A stretch of DNA of 64,000 nt from Paraspadella gotoi (Eukaryota > Animalia > Chaetognatha). Below the pieces are notes generated by a model. The model saw nothing but the letters and a program-made list of their open reading frames with translations, did not search any database and had not been told where the DNA came from. Position numbers and translations under genes: made by a program. This document shows positions 30,039-44,698 of the stretch, in pieces. Each line of letters begins with the position of its first letter. Position 1 is the stretch's first letter. The stretch covers positions 6,647,552-6,711,551 of the forward strand of contig CM119269.1 in NCBI GenBank assembly GCA_051294375.1. Reading direction: 5' to 3'.

Positions 30039-30863
30039 CTCCCTCTCTCTGACCGCTGAAATTCACTCCGCTTGCAAGACGACGACGACGATGACCCGAG
30101 AATTGGCACTTTCTTGCTTCTGGCGCCAACGTTGGGATTTTTTTAGAGATGGATGATGACGACGAACGATGACGACGATGAACGAAGACGACGATGACGA
30201 CGACGATGACGAAGACGACGATGTCAGGTTTCGTCTGAGAATTCAAAGAATCGATGACTTGGTTGATATCGCTGCTTCATATTCACTTTACTTTACTTTA
30301 GTTGTACTACTTACTAGTACAACTAAATATTACTAAATACCACTAACCTTTATATCTCCCATCGCCTCCTTAATGCCTCCGCATAGTGGAGATCTTGAGC
30401 ATTTTTTTTATTTCGTCAACCTCCACTGCACATTGAACCTCATTCCTTCGAAACTTGAACCTCATTCCTTGACACCCTGCACCTCATTCCTTGACACAAT
30501 GCACCACATTCCTTGACACCATGAATCTCATTCCTTGAAACCTTGAACCTCATTACCTTAACACCTTGAACCTCATTCCTTGACACCTTGCGCCTCATTC
30601 CTTCGCACCCTCGCCAACTCAATATTGGCTACAAACCTCAACCTTACCCGCCCCTCCTCCACTCCCCGACTCTTACGACCACTCGGTCGGATGATCCGAT
30701 CTCAGCCGATGCCCACCTTAACCTTAAAACTTCCTCGCCCCTAAATCGCCTCCCCCACCCCCACCCTATTTTCTCACCCCCGCCATCGAAGATCGAGTCG
30801 ACGGAGGCGGTGATCGATCTGGCGGGAAGATCTTGGAGATGGTCGTGGATTCTTGGCGAGGGT

Positions 30864-30909
<46 letters not shown>

Positions 30910-31729
30910 GAGAGAGAATGTTGTGAGGTCAGACAAGTATTTTGAAGAATAATTCACCTCACCTCCCATAAACCGTCCAAAAAAGTTAATGTTAATTTAA
31001 TTTGCATATTGCAGAGTTTGAATTTTGACATATTCCCTTTAGTCGCAAATTAAAACTGAATAAGTAAAAATGAAGATTAGTTAAGCAGGAAGAAAAAAAT
31101 TGAGTCTAAAACGGATAAACTTTTTTTGAATCTTTACTGCTTATGTTATTCGTTTTTTTAATATTGTTTATAGTATATAATAGGAATAATAAACAAAACT
31201 TCCTGTTATGCTTCTTACCAGGGATGTAAAGTTTAATTTCTGTAAGTTGTCCTTGATTAGCCGTTGGTCAGCGCATCGCTTCGATGGCAAAATTCTAACC
31301 TCGGTTATTTCTCATTTTTCTCCTCTTCCCCTCTTCTTCCTCCTCCTCCTCCTCTGGCGCCCGAGTGGCGGACTTTTTTTTCTTTGGTTCTTCGAACGAA
31401 ATCAAAAAAAGAAAAGAAAAGAAAATTTAAAAAAAGGAAAAGAATAGAATAAGAAAAGAAAAGAGAAAAAAAATGAAAGCATTAAGAGTACAAAAATATA
31501 GAGTTGGGTCTGTACTTGCTTAAAATCTTTGATGCTTGCTCATTAATCTGATTCAGTTATTAACTCCTGCCATAACTTGACTCTGATAAAACTGAAGCAC
31601 CAGTCACTTCTATGTTCTTTGCGGGTCACTGGGAGCGCGTGGTGTGTGCCTAAAGCAAAGAAGATATCTCTAAGTGTGTCAGAAAGTATGAGTAAGAGAG
31701 AATGAGAAGATAGAGAGAGGGAGTAAGAA

Positions 31730-31803
<74 letters not shown>

Positions 31804-31911
31804 ACTTTTATCTTGAAACGACCGTTATCAAGATAAGATTCAGGGAAAGTGTGGAGGAACGGAAAATGGAGAGAGAAGAGAGAGAGAAGAGAGAGAGAGA
31901 GAAGAGAGAGA

Positions 31912-31960
<49 letters not shown>

Positions 31961-32230
31961 CATTCGCTAGGGACTTCTATGGTCGAAGAAAAAAATTTAA
32001 GCTAAACCACAATCGACTCAAGAAATCAAAAAATAAAAACTGATTATAAAAAAATTAAAACATACATACTATTACTGTTACATAGGATAAATTCACATTT
32101 CCTCCCTTTTTTTCTGTCAGTTGTCGTTTTTGACAATAAGTTTTTCTAGTGAAAAATGGAAAAGACTTTTTTTGTCCCTTTTTCGATTTTTATGTTTTCG
32201 CTTTTTTTCCCAATTTGTTACGTTTTTCTG

Positions 32231-32286
<56 letters not shown>

Positions 32287-32610
32287 GTATCTCTCTCTCT
32301 CTCTCTCTCCTTTCTATCTCTCTCTCTTTTCTCCTCGCCACCCCGACGGTAGCCCGAACTTTTCATTTTCGGAAGAATCTGGTTTATCGAAAAAAATTAT
32401 CATAAATAAACGAAATGGTGTTTTTCTCTTTAAACTTGGCGTAGAAATAAACAAAAAAGGTGAGGGAAGGTATACAAAGAAATCCTCAGAATGACCGTAT
32501 TAGTCTGTAGGCGTTTAAAAACTATTGGTATAATTTAGAAATATCTCAGACATATAAAAAGCTTTTGTAAACACATAAGTTGTCCGCTCAAAATTACACG
32601 TACATACTAG

Positions 32611-32693
<83 letters not shown>

Positions 32694-32884
32694 CCTCCCT
32701 CCCTTCTCTTCTCAACTCTCTCTCTCTCTCGCGTCTGATTAGGAGGCGTGTCCCCTGGTTTTGTGGCGGCGCGGATTTTAAATTCGCATTAGAAATATAA
32801 ACAGAAGGAAAGCGTAAACAAAAGACATAAACAAAAGAAAGGCAAGGGAGAGAGACCTTGCCGACGCCGCGGTCGTCGTCGTCT

Positions 32885-32917
<33 letters not shown>

Positions 32918-34191
32918 ATGCTATTAGGAGGTCTTGATGGTCTTACGCAAAGAAAAGCCTCGAGGCCTCAGGCTAAAAGCGGGCGAAGAATGAAAAGGGA
33001 AAAGTGAACAGAGAAGGAGAGATCGTCGTCATTGTCGTCGTCGTCATCGTCGTTGTACGATGTAGCGCCGATCTTAATGCTCTTTTCTTGTGACTTTTTT
33101 TTTGTAGCATAAATAGAATAAAATTGAAATTGACATCATCGGCATAAATCATCATCATCATTATCATAAAACCATCATCGTCAAAATCCATCAATCACCA
33201 TCATCATCGTTATCACCATCACCACCATCACCACCATCACCACCATCACCACCATCACCACCATCACCCCAAGCAGCGAAAAATAACAAAAGAGACTGGA
33301 TTCGCCGACACGTCGGTCGCCCAGTCGCCCGCCAGGAATTCCGGTCAGAATCAAAAAGAGAATTTCCATTCAAAGGGTTTTTTTTTTGTTTGTCATCCTT
33401 ATCATCATCGCCTCCTTTCATTGTCGTCGATAATGACGTCGTTCGTCGTCGTCGTCGATTTGAACGTTGGTGACGGTCGTTGTTATGATTATGCCATCAT
33501 CTCGAATCGACGCGCGTCGTCGTCGTCGTCGTCGTCGTTTGGACCACGAACCAGCGATGACAACGACGAAGACGACGAAGACGACGACGATGGCACCGAT
33601 TGATCGCTTCCCGTCGCTTCCGTCTCTCGGCGCCACCAAATTCTTTCGGATGACCTTTTTCGTATCTCGGGTTTTTGACAACAAAAAGAGCCTAAAATCG
33701 ATTCCCTGTACCTTTTTTTTTATGCCCGACGGCCCGCGGGGGTGATGATCGCCGATCGACCGTGAACTCACCTTCGATCACCGATCACGACATTTCATTT
33801 ATATTTATAAGTCGTGATTCATTTAGTAAAGTATTAGGTAGTATTAATTTTGCATGAACCCGTCTATCCATAAATTTTTAGAAAAAATGGAGGAAGAGGG
33901 AAGAGAAATGTAACGTAGTTTCCTATGCAAAGAAGAAGAGGAATGTTGAGGAGGATGAGGAATAAAAAAAGGAAAACGATTAGTGAAAGAGGAAGCGCAT
34001 CATGATGAGGAAGAGGAAGATGCGCGTCGTGTTTAATCCTGGTTTTTCATCGGAATTTCATCCCACGATGCCGCCGCAGCAGTCGCAGGAGGAACGGCGG
34101 CAGCGCAACTCGGCAGCAGCATGAGCGGCAACGGGCATCGCGTCGGCTGCGTCTTCTTTCCTCGGACCCACGAGTCGACGATAAGGGCGGC

Positions 34192-34241
<50 letters not shown>

Positions 34242-35129
34242 CACTCCTCTCTCGCTCTCTCTCTCTCTTTCCTTCAGAATCTTATCGGCGGCGAGGAATC
34301 TCGAGGATGTCCGAAACCTTCTTATCGCAATTTTTTCCGACTCAAATAAAAATATAAAAATAATCTTAATAAATAGTAGAAGAAAGAAAAACAACAAGAA
34401 AGAAAATTGAAAGAAAAGAGAGGAAGAGAGAGAGAGAAAAAAAAGAAAAGCTGTTTTACTGCTTCGCGCTCTCCCTTTTTTTCTCACTTTCTCGCGCTTC
34501 TGCGTCCGCCTCATGTTTTTTTTTTTAGTTTTCTCGAGAAAGAAAAAGAGATAAGAGAAGAAATCCCATCGAAAAGTAAAAAGAACGAATTAAAAAATAA
34601 TGTTTTAAAAAAGAAAAAAACAATAATAATAACAAGATAAATTTATCGATGGAAGAGGGAAGGCCTCTACCGGTGGAAATCACGACTGATAAGAGAATCG
34701 TTCCAGTTCATTCACGAATTCTCATTTCAAAGGAAAAATGAATTTAATCGCGTAAATTTGATTAATTTATGATTGATTGAATCATTAACTCATACATTAT
34801 ATTGAATACATATAATTGAATAATTTTTTGTGATTATTTTTTCATGATTTTTTTTTATCTCATTAATTATTTGATTTATTATTTTGATGAATTTATTAAT
34901 GAATCAATTTATTGATGAGTCGATTTTATCTAATTCATAGCTTCGATTTCAAAATTAGCGCATTCTCACTTTCTTCTTTCGCCACCGACGAGGATTTTTC
35001 TGAATCAAAAACCTCTACGTTTCAATTATTCCATTTTTAGTTTTTCGATTTCATTTTATTTTTCTTGGAACAAATATCGTAATATCTTTTTACGAGACTT
35101 TCCTCGCTTCCTGAATTCTCTTCTCTCTT
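24668..35129 (+). repeat. ~10.5-kb segment, copy B (tandem duplicate of 14186-24642, likely assembly artefact)
   Basis: Microsatellite lengths match over ~10 kb and both copies end in cttcctgaattctcttctctctt. Copy B is bounded by 25-N gaps at 24643-24667 and 35130-35154. Confidence 0.95.
26055..28313. mobile_element. Same DNA transposon, within duplicated copy B
   Basis: Offset 10487 from 15568-17826; TSD ttgttat at 26048-26054 and 28314-28320. Confidence 0.85.
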
Positions 35130-35154
35130 NNNNNNNNNNNNNNNNNNNNNNNNN

Positions 35155-35301
35155 TTTCCTTTTTTGATAAAAGTAATTTATGACTCTCTCTCCTAAAAAA
35201 GGGGGTGGATTTATAATTTTATACGGTTGTCGTCGTCGTCGTCGTCGTTGAAAGTGACAATATCGATATTGTCATTAATGATAACGAAGTCGCGGAAGTT
35301 T

Positions 35302-35332
<31 letters not shown>

Positions 35333-36060
35333 TGTTGGATTGCCCTTCTCGGGGCGACCTCTGAAGAGGCCCCTTATTTTCGGACGGGCGAATCTGCTAT
35401 CATTTTGTGCAAACATTTCATCGTCGTCGTCGTCGTCATCGTCGTGGCGACCTACCCGTTCCCCTACCATTAAAACCGATGGGTGACGAATTTGTTGCCA
35501 GTTTTAACAAACATTGACTTAATTGTGCAAATATGTCTCTCTCTCTCTCTCTCTCTCTCTTATCTATCTAGCGGTAATACTGTCAACTTATATGACGAGG
35601 GGAGAGTGAGACACATAGAAAACTTTTTTTCGATTTTTGTCACGAAAGTTTTCTTTCGCAAAAAATCACGTGAGATTTGAGGACTGTGACGAGTTTGAAG
35701 TCGACCCTTCACCGAGCATTCACTGCAAATCATGAGATGACGTTGAGCCAAATCATATTAGCAAATCAACTAAAATTTATCTCTTTTATTCCTTTATTTG
35801 AGGAAATGATAATCGGTTACAAAATTGTCAGCGTAAAATGATAAGGGGCGAGACATTCAAACATGAACACCGAGAAACGTTATCTGCGATTGTTATTGTC
35901 TCGATTTAAGAAAAAACTAACAAGTTTTGAAATAAGAAACCCCATAGTGAAGGTTTTTGACTAGACTTCCATTTCTGTCGGAAATTCGGAAACTACAAAA
36001 CATTTTAGATTTTTTAAAAAAATTTAATAAAAAAAAAAAGGAAAAATTTGAGATAAAACC
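35155..36060 (+). repeat. Partial third copy of the 14.8-18.0 kb region, lacking the transposon (alternate haplotype)
   Basis: Matches 14782-15567 and then joins directly to 17834 onward: tatctgcga-ttgttat-tgtctcg at ~35881-35903. Confidence 0.85.
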
Positions 36061-36479
36061 ATCCGTTTTGCCGATGAATGGAGTTGGTTCTAGGAGACGA
36101 GTTTTGTGGATTGTAGAAGATAAGAGAGAGAGAGGTGAGGAGACTACGGCCGAAGGAGGAGAGAGAGAGATTGATGAGAGAGAAGAGAGAGAGGAAGAAT
36201 TGAGGGAAGAGATTGCGCTGGCTTGATAGAGTAGAGGATATTAGTTGATATTTTCCGAGCACGGGACTTGGAGTGATCGGATGGATGGGTGCACGAGGAC
36301 GATGAGCACTTCCCGAAGAGTCGAAGGGAAAGCTCGGATGGGTCATGGGAGAGGAAGGGCAGACGGGAGGAAGGAGGCCAGCGGGAGAGAGAGAGAGAGA
36401 GGGGAAGAGGGAGGAGGCCAAATGAGAGTGGTGGACACGTGCAGTCGAGAAGTCGTTGTGATGAGTAGAGTATCGAAGA

Positions 36480-36598
36480 GGAGAGGACAGAGAGTAGAGA
36501 GAGAGAGAGAAAAAGAGAGAGAGAGAGGAGGAGGAGACGAGAGAGAGAGAGAGAGGGGGAAGAGAGGAGAGGGAAAGGAGAGAGGGAGAGAGAGGAGT

Positions 36599-36643
<45 letters not shown>

Positions 36644-39600
36644 AGCCGGGATAAGGCATTGGGAATTCCTCGGTGAAGAAGGGGGGAAGGATAGTTTTAT
36701 GGAGGAGGGAGGGGAGGAAGAAGAAGAAGAGAGAAGAAGAAAGAGGAGGGGAAAAATAGTTGGCGGAGAGAAAGGACGGGTCGAGAGTTGGGTGGAATGA
36801 GATTATCTCTCTCTCTTTCTCTTCTATCTCTGCATCTTCTCTCTCTCTCTCTGCGAGTCTCTCTCTACTTCTGCTATTAAATAAAAGAAAACCGGAGAGT
36901 CACGTGAGCAAGTAACATCATCAATATTTGGAGTGGCATAACCAACTGTATAGAAGAGAGATTATAAAACATGGGGTATATTAAGACTTTTTCATTGGGA
37001 TCGTAAAAAATTCTCGAGAGCATTTGGGAAGATATGAAGATTTTTAATATTTTAAATAACCTTAGAGAGTAAGAACAGGACTGCAGTAGAGACAGAACTC
37101 TTTTGCCTCGGCACTGTCTACGCTGTCCCACCCCAAGCCCCGCATAACAAATTAATCAGCAACGCCACAAACGAAAAGAAGTACCCTACACCCCCCATTT
37201 GTTGATGCAACCACCCCAACAGAAGAGTATCAGGTAAAGTAGGCGGGCGGGCCAAACGAACGACACGTTAAGCTCGCAGGATCCAAACCGCTAACAACCG
37301 ACGACGATCGTACGTACGAACTCAACAAGGACCCGCAAGATCTTGTCCCTCTCACGGTCCCGGTTCTTCGCCTTCCACTCCCTCTCTTGTCACCTCCTCC
37401 GCCCTTTCTCACTTCCTTCTTCCCCTCGTTCTAGTAACGTTTGCTATAGTAATGACAGTTTTTAGAGACGGAGTTTTATCCATACGTTTTTCAGTAAAGA
37501 AATCTGACAACGACTAGTGGTACGTGACTTTTGTCTTAAATTATATAATTGAAAATACAAATGGTTTAAACAAATATTTTTTTTTTTTCATTTTTTTGAT
37601 ACTTATCGATTTGTGTGACAAAAGAAAGATTTTGCTAAGCAAGTGACAAGATAATTCTCAGAAATTAAAGTGATATTTTGTTTAAATTTCGTTTAAATCG
37701 AATTGAAGATCTTTTATCTGTTGTTGTCCGGTTGGCGTCGTGCTGCTTGTAGCATTATACAAAATTCCCATTATCTCTTCTGCATATCTCTCTATCTCTC
37801 CTCTCTCTTTTCTCTCTCTCTCATCATCGCATACCAATCATACTATCTCTCTACTCTTGTCTCTCTTCTTTTTCTGTCCTTTTCATGTGTGTTTAACATA
37901 CCCCGCTTCTTGAGGTATTTTTAAAGAGCGGCGTGAAAGACAATGAAGTTTTTGTAAAAAAAAGAAAGGAGAGAAAAAAACAAAAAAAAAAATAAAAAAC
38001 CGAAAAAAACATATTTTGTTTTGAAGATTTTTCAATTTTTTAAGACCCCAAAAAAAGAATAAAATGAAAAGAAAAAATGATTAAAAGAGAATTCTTGGGG
38101 AAAGTTGAAAAAAAACTAAGAAACAAACAAAAAGAGGAAATGAAGGAAAACGAGACGCCGACGTCGCCAGAATTCTTTCGGCGCGCTTAATTTTTCGTCG
38201 TCGTCGTCGTTGTCGTCGTTACCCAAAACCGTTAGGTCTGCAGGAGATTAATGTTCAGGTTCCGTAAATTTGCTGCCGAAAACGAAATATTTACTTCTTC
38301 TTTATTCACTTTTTTCTTTTTTATCACTTATTCTCTCTCTAATCCTTACGATACATTCCGAAACACTATTTTAATTTCTTAATTGATTTCTATTAGATTA
38401 ATATATCTAACATATTATTCTATACACTTACATCCTATCAGTTATTACTTTACCTCTTCATTTCTCAGTATTCGTTTCTGATCTCCCATCTCTCTCTTCT
38501 CTTCTCTCTCTCCTCCTCTTCTCTCTCTCTCTCTCCTCTCTCTTCTCCTCTCGTCTCTCTCTCTCACTTCTCTCTCAACCTCCCTGCCACCTCTCTCTCT
38601 CCTTATTTTAAACAAAAAGAGCCACCGATCGGAAAACGATTATCTCACAATTTTCCTTTTTTTTTTTTATTAATATTTAAAAAATCTAAATTTGTTTTGT
38701 AGTTCGAATTTCGACAGAAATGGAAAGGTCTAGTCAAAAACCTTGCACTATGGGTTTCCTATTTCAAAAACTTGTGTTTTTTCTTAAATCCAGGACAATA
38801 ACAATTGCAGATAACGTTTTCTCGGTGTTCATGTTTGAATGTCTCCCCTTACATTTTACGTGACAACTTTTTGTACCTATTAATTTCATCAAATAAAGTT
38901 GAATAAAAGATAAAATTTTAGTTGATTTGCTAATATGATTTGGGCTCAACGTCATCCTTGATTTGCAGTGAATTCTCGGTGAGGCGTCGACTTCAAACTC
39001 GTCACAGTCCTCAAATCTCACGTATTTTTGCGGAAGAAACACTTTAGTGACAAAAATGCGAAAAAAAAGTTCTCTATGTGTCTCACTCTCCCCTCGTCAT
39101 ATAAGCTGACAGTATTACGCAGAAGAAAAGAGAGAGAGAGAAGAGAGAAGAGAGAGAGAGAGGAAGAGAGAGAGAAGAGTGAGAGAGAGGAGAAGGAGAG
39201 AGAGAGAGAGAGAGACATATTTCACAATTTAAGTTCATGTTTGTTAAAACTGGCAACAAATTCGTCACCCATCGGTTTAATGGTATGGGAGGCGTTAGGT
39301 CGCCATCGGACGATGACGAACGTGACGACGCACGACGATGAAATGTTTTGCACAAATGATGCAGATTCGCCGTCCGCAAAATAAAGGGGTCCGTCTTCAA
39401 GCGTCGCTCGAGTAAGGGCATCCCAACATAGCCGACGACGACGACGTACTGACGAAAACTTCCGCGACTTCGTTTATTATGACAAGATCGATTTGTCACT
39501 TTCCAACGACGACCGACTGACGGACGACGACGACGCGACGACGCGACGACCTACTCGCTATAAAATTATAAATCCACCACCTTTTTTTAGTGAGGGAGTC

Positions 39601-40258
39601 ATAAATTACTTTTATCAAAAAAGGAAAAATTGATAAAACTCCTCCATTGAGAGAGAGAGGAGAGAGAGAGAAGCACCCGGAAGAGATGGAGAGACGATGA
39701 GGAGAGAGAGAGAAGAGGAGAGATGAGCGAGAGGAGAGAGAGAGAGAGACAACGCGGGTTCGTTTCACAAATTTCTACTGTTTTCGCACTAATCAAAGTT
39801 CGTTGGGATTTTAATTCGATGATGAACTGATAAAACGAGTCGGAAATTTGTGATAAATGTCGCCTTATCCGGCAGTTGTGCTGGTTGTTGATGTTGTTGT
39901 TGTGGCTGACTAAAAATTCTTAAATTTAAGTCCTCGATCCTGTAGAGAGTACTTTCTTGGTGCTCCATAAATTGGCATCCATATTGATTTGAGGATGATT
40001 TACAGAGGAATGAGAAGATCAAACCAAATAGAATATCCGTTCACGAAAAGAAGCAGCATTATTGAAAAATTAGTTTTCGCACTGACACAAGCAATTTTCG
40101 AAAGATATGTCACTCCTTTATCCATCGGCTGAGCTAATAAAAAAATAAATTTGCGATAAGATTACAATATTATATGATATTCATTTTTATTTTCCTGCGC
40201 TGTAATTAATTACTTTAATTTCTCTCCTCCTTACTCTCTCTCTCTCTCTCTCTCCTCT

Positions 40259-40319
<61 letters not shown>

Positions 40320-42429
40320 AATGGAGGTCGCAGCGGACTCTGTCTTCTTATTCTTTCTCTGCATATCCGTCGTGCGTTCGCTCGTCCGCTCCCTCGTCAC
40401 CTCATCGGTCTTCTGTTCCGCATGTGTGAAGAGTCACTATTATTTGCTTTTCTGTTGTGTAATTAATCGTGTTATCAATTTCATGACTATTTCCGAACCG
40501 ATGTTCTCAACTTGGCATATATTTTGTCTTTTAATTGATGAATATCTATAGTGTTAAAATTGTCAAAAACCTTAGCTACTGGGACCAAGAGAAGGAAAAA
40601 AACGGGTCATCGTCTATAATGATGTCTGTTTCATGGTTATTTCGTGTCATGTAAAGACTTCAGTAGACTTGATTTTCCTTGACTAGTGAGAACTAAGGAA
40701 AGAATTTTTTGTAAGTCATTTTCTTTTTAATATTAGAGACATTGTATTGTTTCCCTCTTTTCGTTGTGTTTTTGTAAAAATGTTAAAAAGCGCTGATGAA
40801 GGCTTGAAACAAGCCGAAATGTGCGAATATTAAATTATGGCGTTGTGAACCGATATTTTCTCGTTCTAATATAAGACGTAAGAAGGTTTTCTTTTTGGTT
40901 TGCAAATTCTTAGGTCTCGGTTCGGTGCAGAATTCTATCAGTAGATAAAATTTCAAACCAGAAAAAACAAGACAGTACATAATGCACAATATAAACTATT
41001 ATATAAACAATATAAACTATAACTTATTGTAACGCTGCGTTTAGAACTTACCACATGTTGTGTCCGTCATTGTTATTCATTGAGACAATTTTAAAAAAAA
41101 AAGTCTATCAGCCTTTTTTCTTTCTTTTTGACGCCGTATCCTTTAAGCACGCCCAGTCACCCAGAACGACCAAGAGTTCTCGACGCCCGGAGACCCCTGT
41201 CGACTAGTCGTCTTCGTTTAGATGTCATATTTATTAGTACTTTAACGAAGGAACGACAATTTGAATGGCCGAGAAAGATATCCAATGATTCTTGTTTGAA
41301 CATATTGAAATTTTACAGGTGGTGACGATTTGAACCGCCCGCTAGAAAAAAAAAATTATGATTAAAACACAATTTAAAAAATATATTTACCCTTATATAC
41401 AAGTTTCTGGTTGAAAAGCTCAAATTTTTTTTTATCTTTTCCATTCATGCGAAAGAATGCTGAATGATTTTATGCACCAAAAAAAAATATATATATATAT
41501 AAAGTTGCTAGGGATATCTTTTTTTTAATATTTAAAATCTTTACTTATTTTATATTTATTTTTTATTTTACTTTAATTTTTTTGGCGCGTTCTCAAATTG
41601 TCACCATGTATTTCAGAGACGTTGGAATGAACGACGCGGAGACGATGAAGAATGAAAATGTGGCGCAAAAATGACGGTGCTGATTTGAGATTGTTCGTTG
41701 CGCAGCGTCAATGAAAACAATGAGGATTTAGATTTAATTTGAATGCTTTTTCGTTCGATAGTATGTCAAGGTCAAATCTGCTGACGTGGCAACAGCCCAA
41801 CGCTGCCAAATCGCCAGTGCGAGCGGGTGTCGCATACGCAACTGGACATTCGCGCGGCAGCCGGACGCCAATGGACATCGCCGACGCAGCCGTACGCAAC
41901 TGACATTGACCGGATGCATCCGACGCCGCTGCCCGACGCAGAAGGGAGTATCGCCGATGCAAGCCGACATCGCGATGCCTTCCGACGCCGCTGATCGAAT
42001 CCGACATCGCTGCCGACCCGCAATCAACGCCGATCAGCCGACGCCGCCGACATCGCAAGCCGACGCAGCCGACACTCGAAGCACGGACGCAACGACATCG
42101 CCGACACAACACGCCCCTGACCAGGGCGAAGTCAACTCAACGAACCCCGAATCAGTTCACGACGTAGATTCGAAGAAGAGAAACCCCGAGGTTCCTGCCC
42201 TCGAGTTTTCGAGGTTTAGAGAAATACCCGAAGGTTCCGCTGTATTTCGGCCTCAAAAGAAGAATGAATCCTCGGACTGAGTCTGCTGTCGTGCGCGCGT
42301 CGACCTATCGACTTTTTTATCCATTTACCATTTTTATCTGGGACTTCGCGAGGACCTTTCTCAAAAACGTTTTTATCTTGGATTCTCTCTCTCTCTCTCT
42401 CCTATCTCTCTCTCTCTTGTCTCTTCTCT

Positions 42430-42461
<32 letters not shown>

Positions 42462-42681
42462 TCTCTCTCTCTCTGGGTATCGCTTCGGGCAAAACCATAT
42501 GGAGGAAAACAGGCACACGCGTTATTTCATATCTCATAGTATACTCGTTCTTCTCTATCTCTTCTTCTATTCTCGTCTCTCTTTCTCTCTCTCTCTCTCT
42601 CCCTCTTTCACACACAAACAGAGAAGGGTTACAAATCTCTCTCGCGGCCAAGATATCGCACCCTCCACGGTGAAACAGAAA

Positions 42682-42712
<31 letters not shown>

Positions 42713-42719
42713 AGAAGAG

Positions 42720-42753
<34 letters not shown>

Positions 42754-43914
42754 GAGAAGATGTTATCGTTAGCGCCCTCATATCAGTAAATGAGGGACGA
42801 TTGAAGACGAAGTCAGAGAAAAAAGAATAGTCAAAATCAGAGAAAATATCAGTGAGATTGGCGTGATGCGGTGATGGCGGAATAAATCCAAATGTCGCTA
42901 TGCGATTGATGAGAGCGATAGGCACACGTGGGCGTTCCCTGGCGAAGGAACGAGGAAAGCGGCGCCCCTTAGCGGAAGGAATTGATGTGCGCCGGCGGGG
43001 AGGAAAAAGAAAAAAAGGCGCCGATTGACAGAAAATGTTACAAAGACCTGTCGCCTTGTGGGCGGATAAAATGTCTGAGGCGGAAATGGAACGACATTAA
43101 AAACTGGAGCGGATTTCGCAGATATATTTTTTTTACTATTTACAACAGGAGCTCTATAATTTTTACAAAAGATAAAAAATTTTAAACTATTGATCTAAAT
43201 GGAATCTCCCAATGTATATTTAATATACCAAAATTTCGCGATAAATTAAAAGCGATGAGAGAGAGAGATAAAAGCCTAATGGACAAGCGAATTAGCAACG
43301 AAAAAGCGAAGAGAGAGATGAGATGGTAGAGAAATCAGAGGAAATCGAACATCAATGTCCCTCATCGATGATCATATCTTCGACGTCGTCTTCGTCGTCG
43401 TCGTTAATCATCGATTATCATCAGGATCCTTCAGTTCACGATTTTTCAAATACGGAACAACGGCGAATAATGCAATTGCTCATTGCCTAATCATGGCGAG
43501 GTGAGGGAAAATCAGTGCGTTCATGCGTCAATGCGCGTAAGCTTGTGCGATCAGTTTATTCAATTTCACAACTTAATAAAGAACATACGTATTTTTAATT
43601 AACACTCATCGATATGTTCGAGTTTGTAATTTGTTGTCTTTGAATTTGAAAATGTTAAGTGTTCGCAATTAATTCTTTTAAAATTTCGGAATATATCAAA
43701 ATTGTAGATTTATTACCATAATGGTTCCCGGTCTGCAGTATGACAATGAATACTCGAAAATTCTATTTTTGTTTTTTGTAGAAAAATATTTCGATTTAAT
43801 TAAAGTTCCGGTTCTGATACATTGCTTTTTTATTGGTTTTTTTTTTCGGTTTCGCTTCTGAAAAAATCGCTTAGGATGAAAACATTTACGACAGGAGATA
43901 GAGAGATGAGCACG

Positions 43915-43945
<31 letters not shown>

Positions 43946-44673
43946 GAAGAGATGGAGAGACGAAGAGAGGGATGGAAGAGAGAGAGAGAGAGAGAGGGTT
44001 CGCTCAGAATCACGGAGAGGCGCAACGTCGAGTCGATTTCGTCGTCGTCGTTTTCGTCGTCGTCTCGTCGTCCTCTTCGTTGTGGCACTCCGAATGGAAG
44101 CATCGAGCTTGATGCTTCACATTGTCCTCTTCTTTTTCATCTTCTTATGCTTATTTTTTCTTTTGTTAACTATATGTCTAATCTCATTTTCACTTTAGAC
44201 AGCCTTGACAATTGATTCGTTGATGGAGATAGAAATATTGCGAAATATTGTAAATCGTTGGTAACATATCACTCATAACACAACTATTATTCTTTCGTTT
44301 ATCATTCACTTTCTTTCTCCATAAAACTATGAGGAATTAAAATTGGATTTTTACTCGTTTTCTGTATTGTACTCACTACTCACGTCGTCCTGTTACGTCA
44401 TGGTTTTTCAGTTTTGCATATCAATTCCTTTGTTTTTCATTTATGTCATCTCTAGTTTTATTATTTACTCATCTATGTCTTCTTATATGGAAGGTGGCAA
44501 TAAATATGAATAAGAACTACAGTAAGTTTATAAATAAAAATATACATCTATAGAGTAAAATATAATAATTTAAATGTATTTTAACACAGTATCAGATCTC
44601 TTTTTTATGGGGAAATACAATCTTATTATTACTGTAGTTATACTTATATTCACTCTCTTCTCTATCTTCTTCT
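36480..44673 (-). repeat. Noisy (raw long-read-like) inverted copy of ~8.3-19.5 kb
   Basis: Reverse-complement anchors: 36645 = 19440-19466; 37500 = 18920; 38800 = empty transposon site; 40200 = 14190; 41750 = 12420; 42300 = 11750; 43000 = 11130; 43810 = 10300; 44000-44300 = 8722-8400. Indel-rich throughout. Confidence 0.85.
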
Positions 44674-44698
44674 NNNNNNNNNNNNNNNNNNNNNNNNN

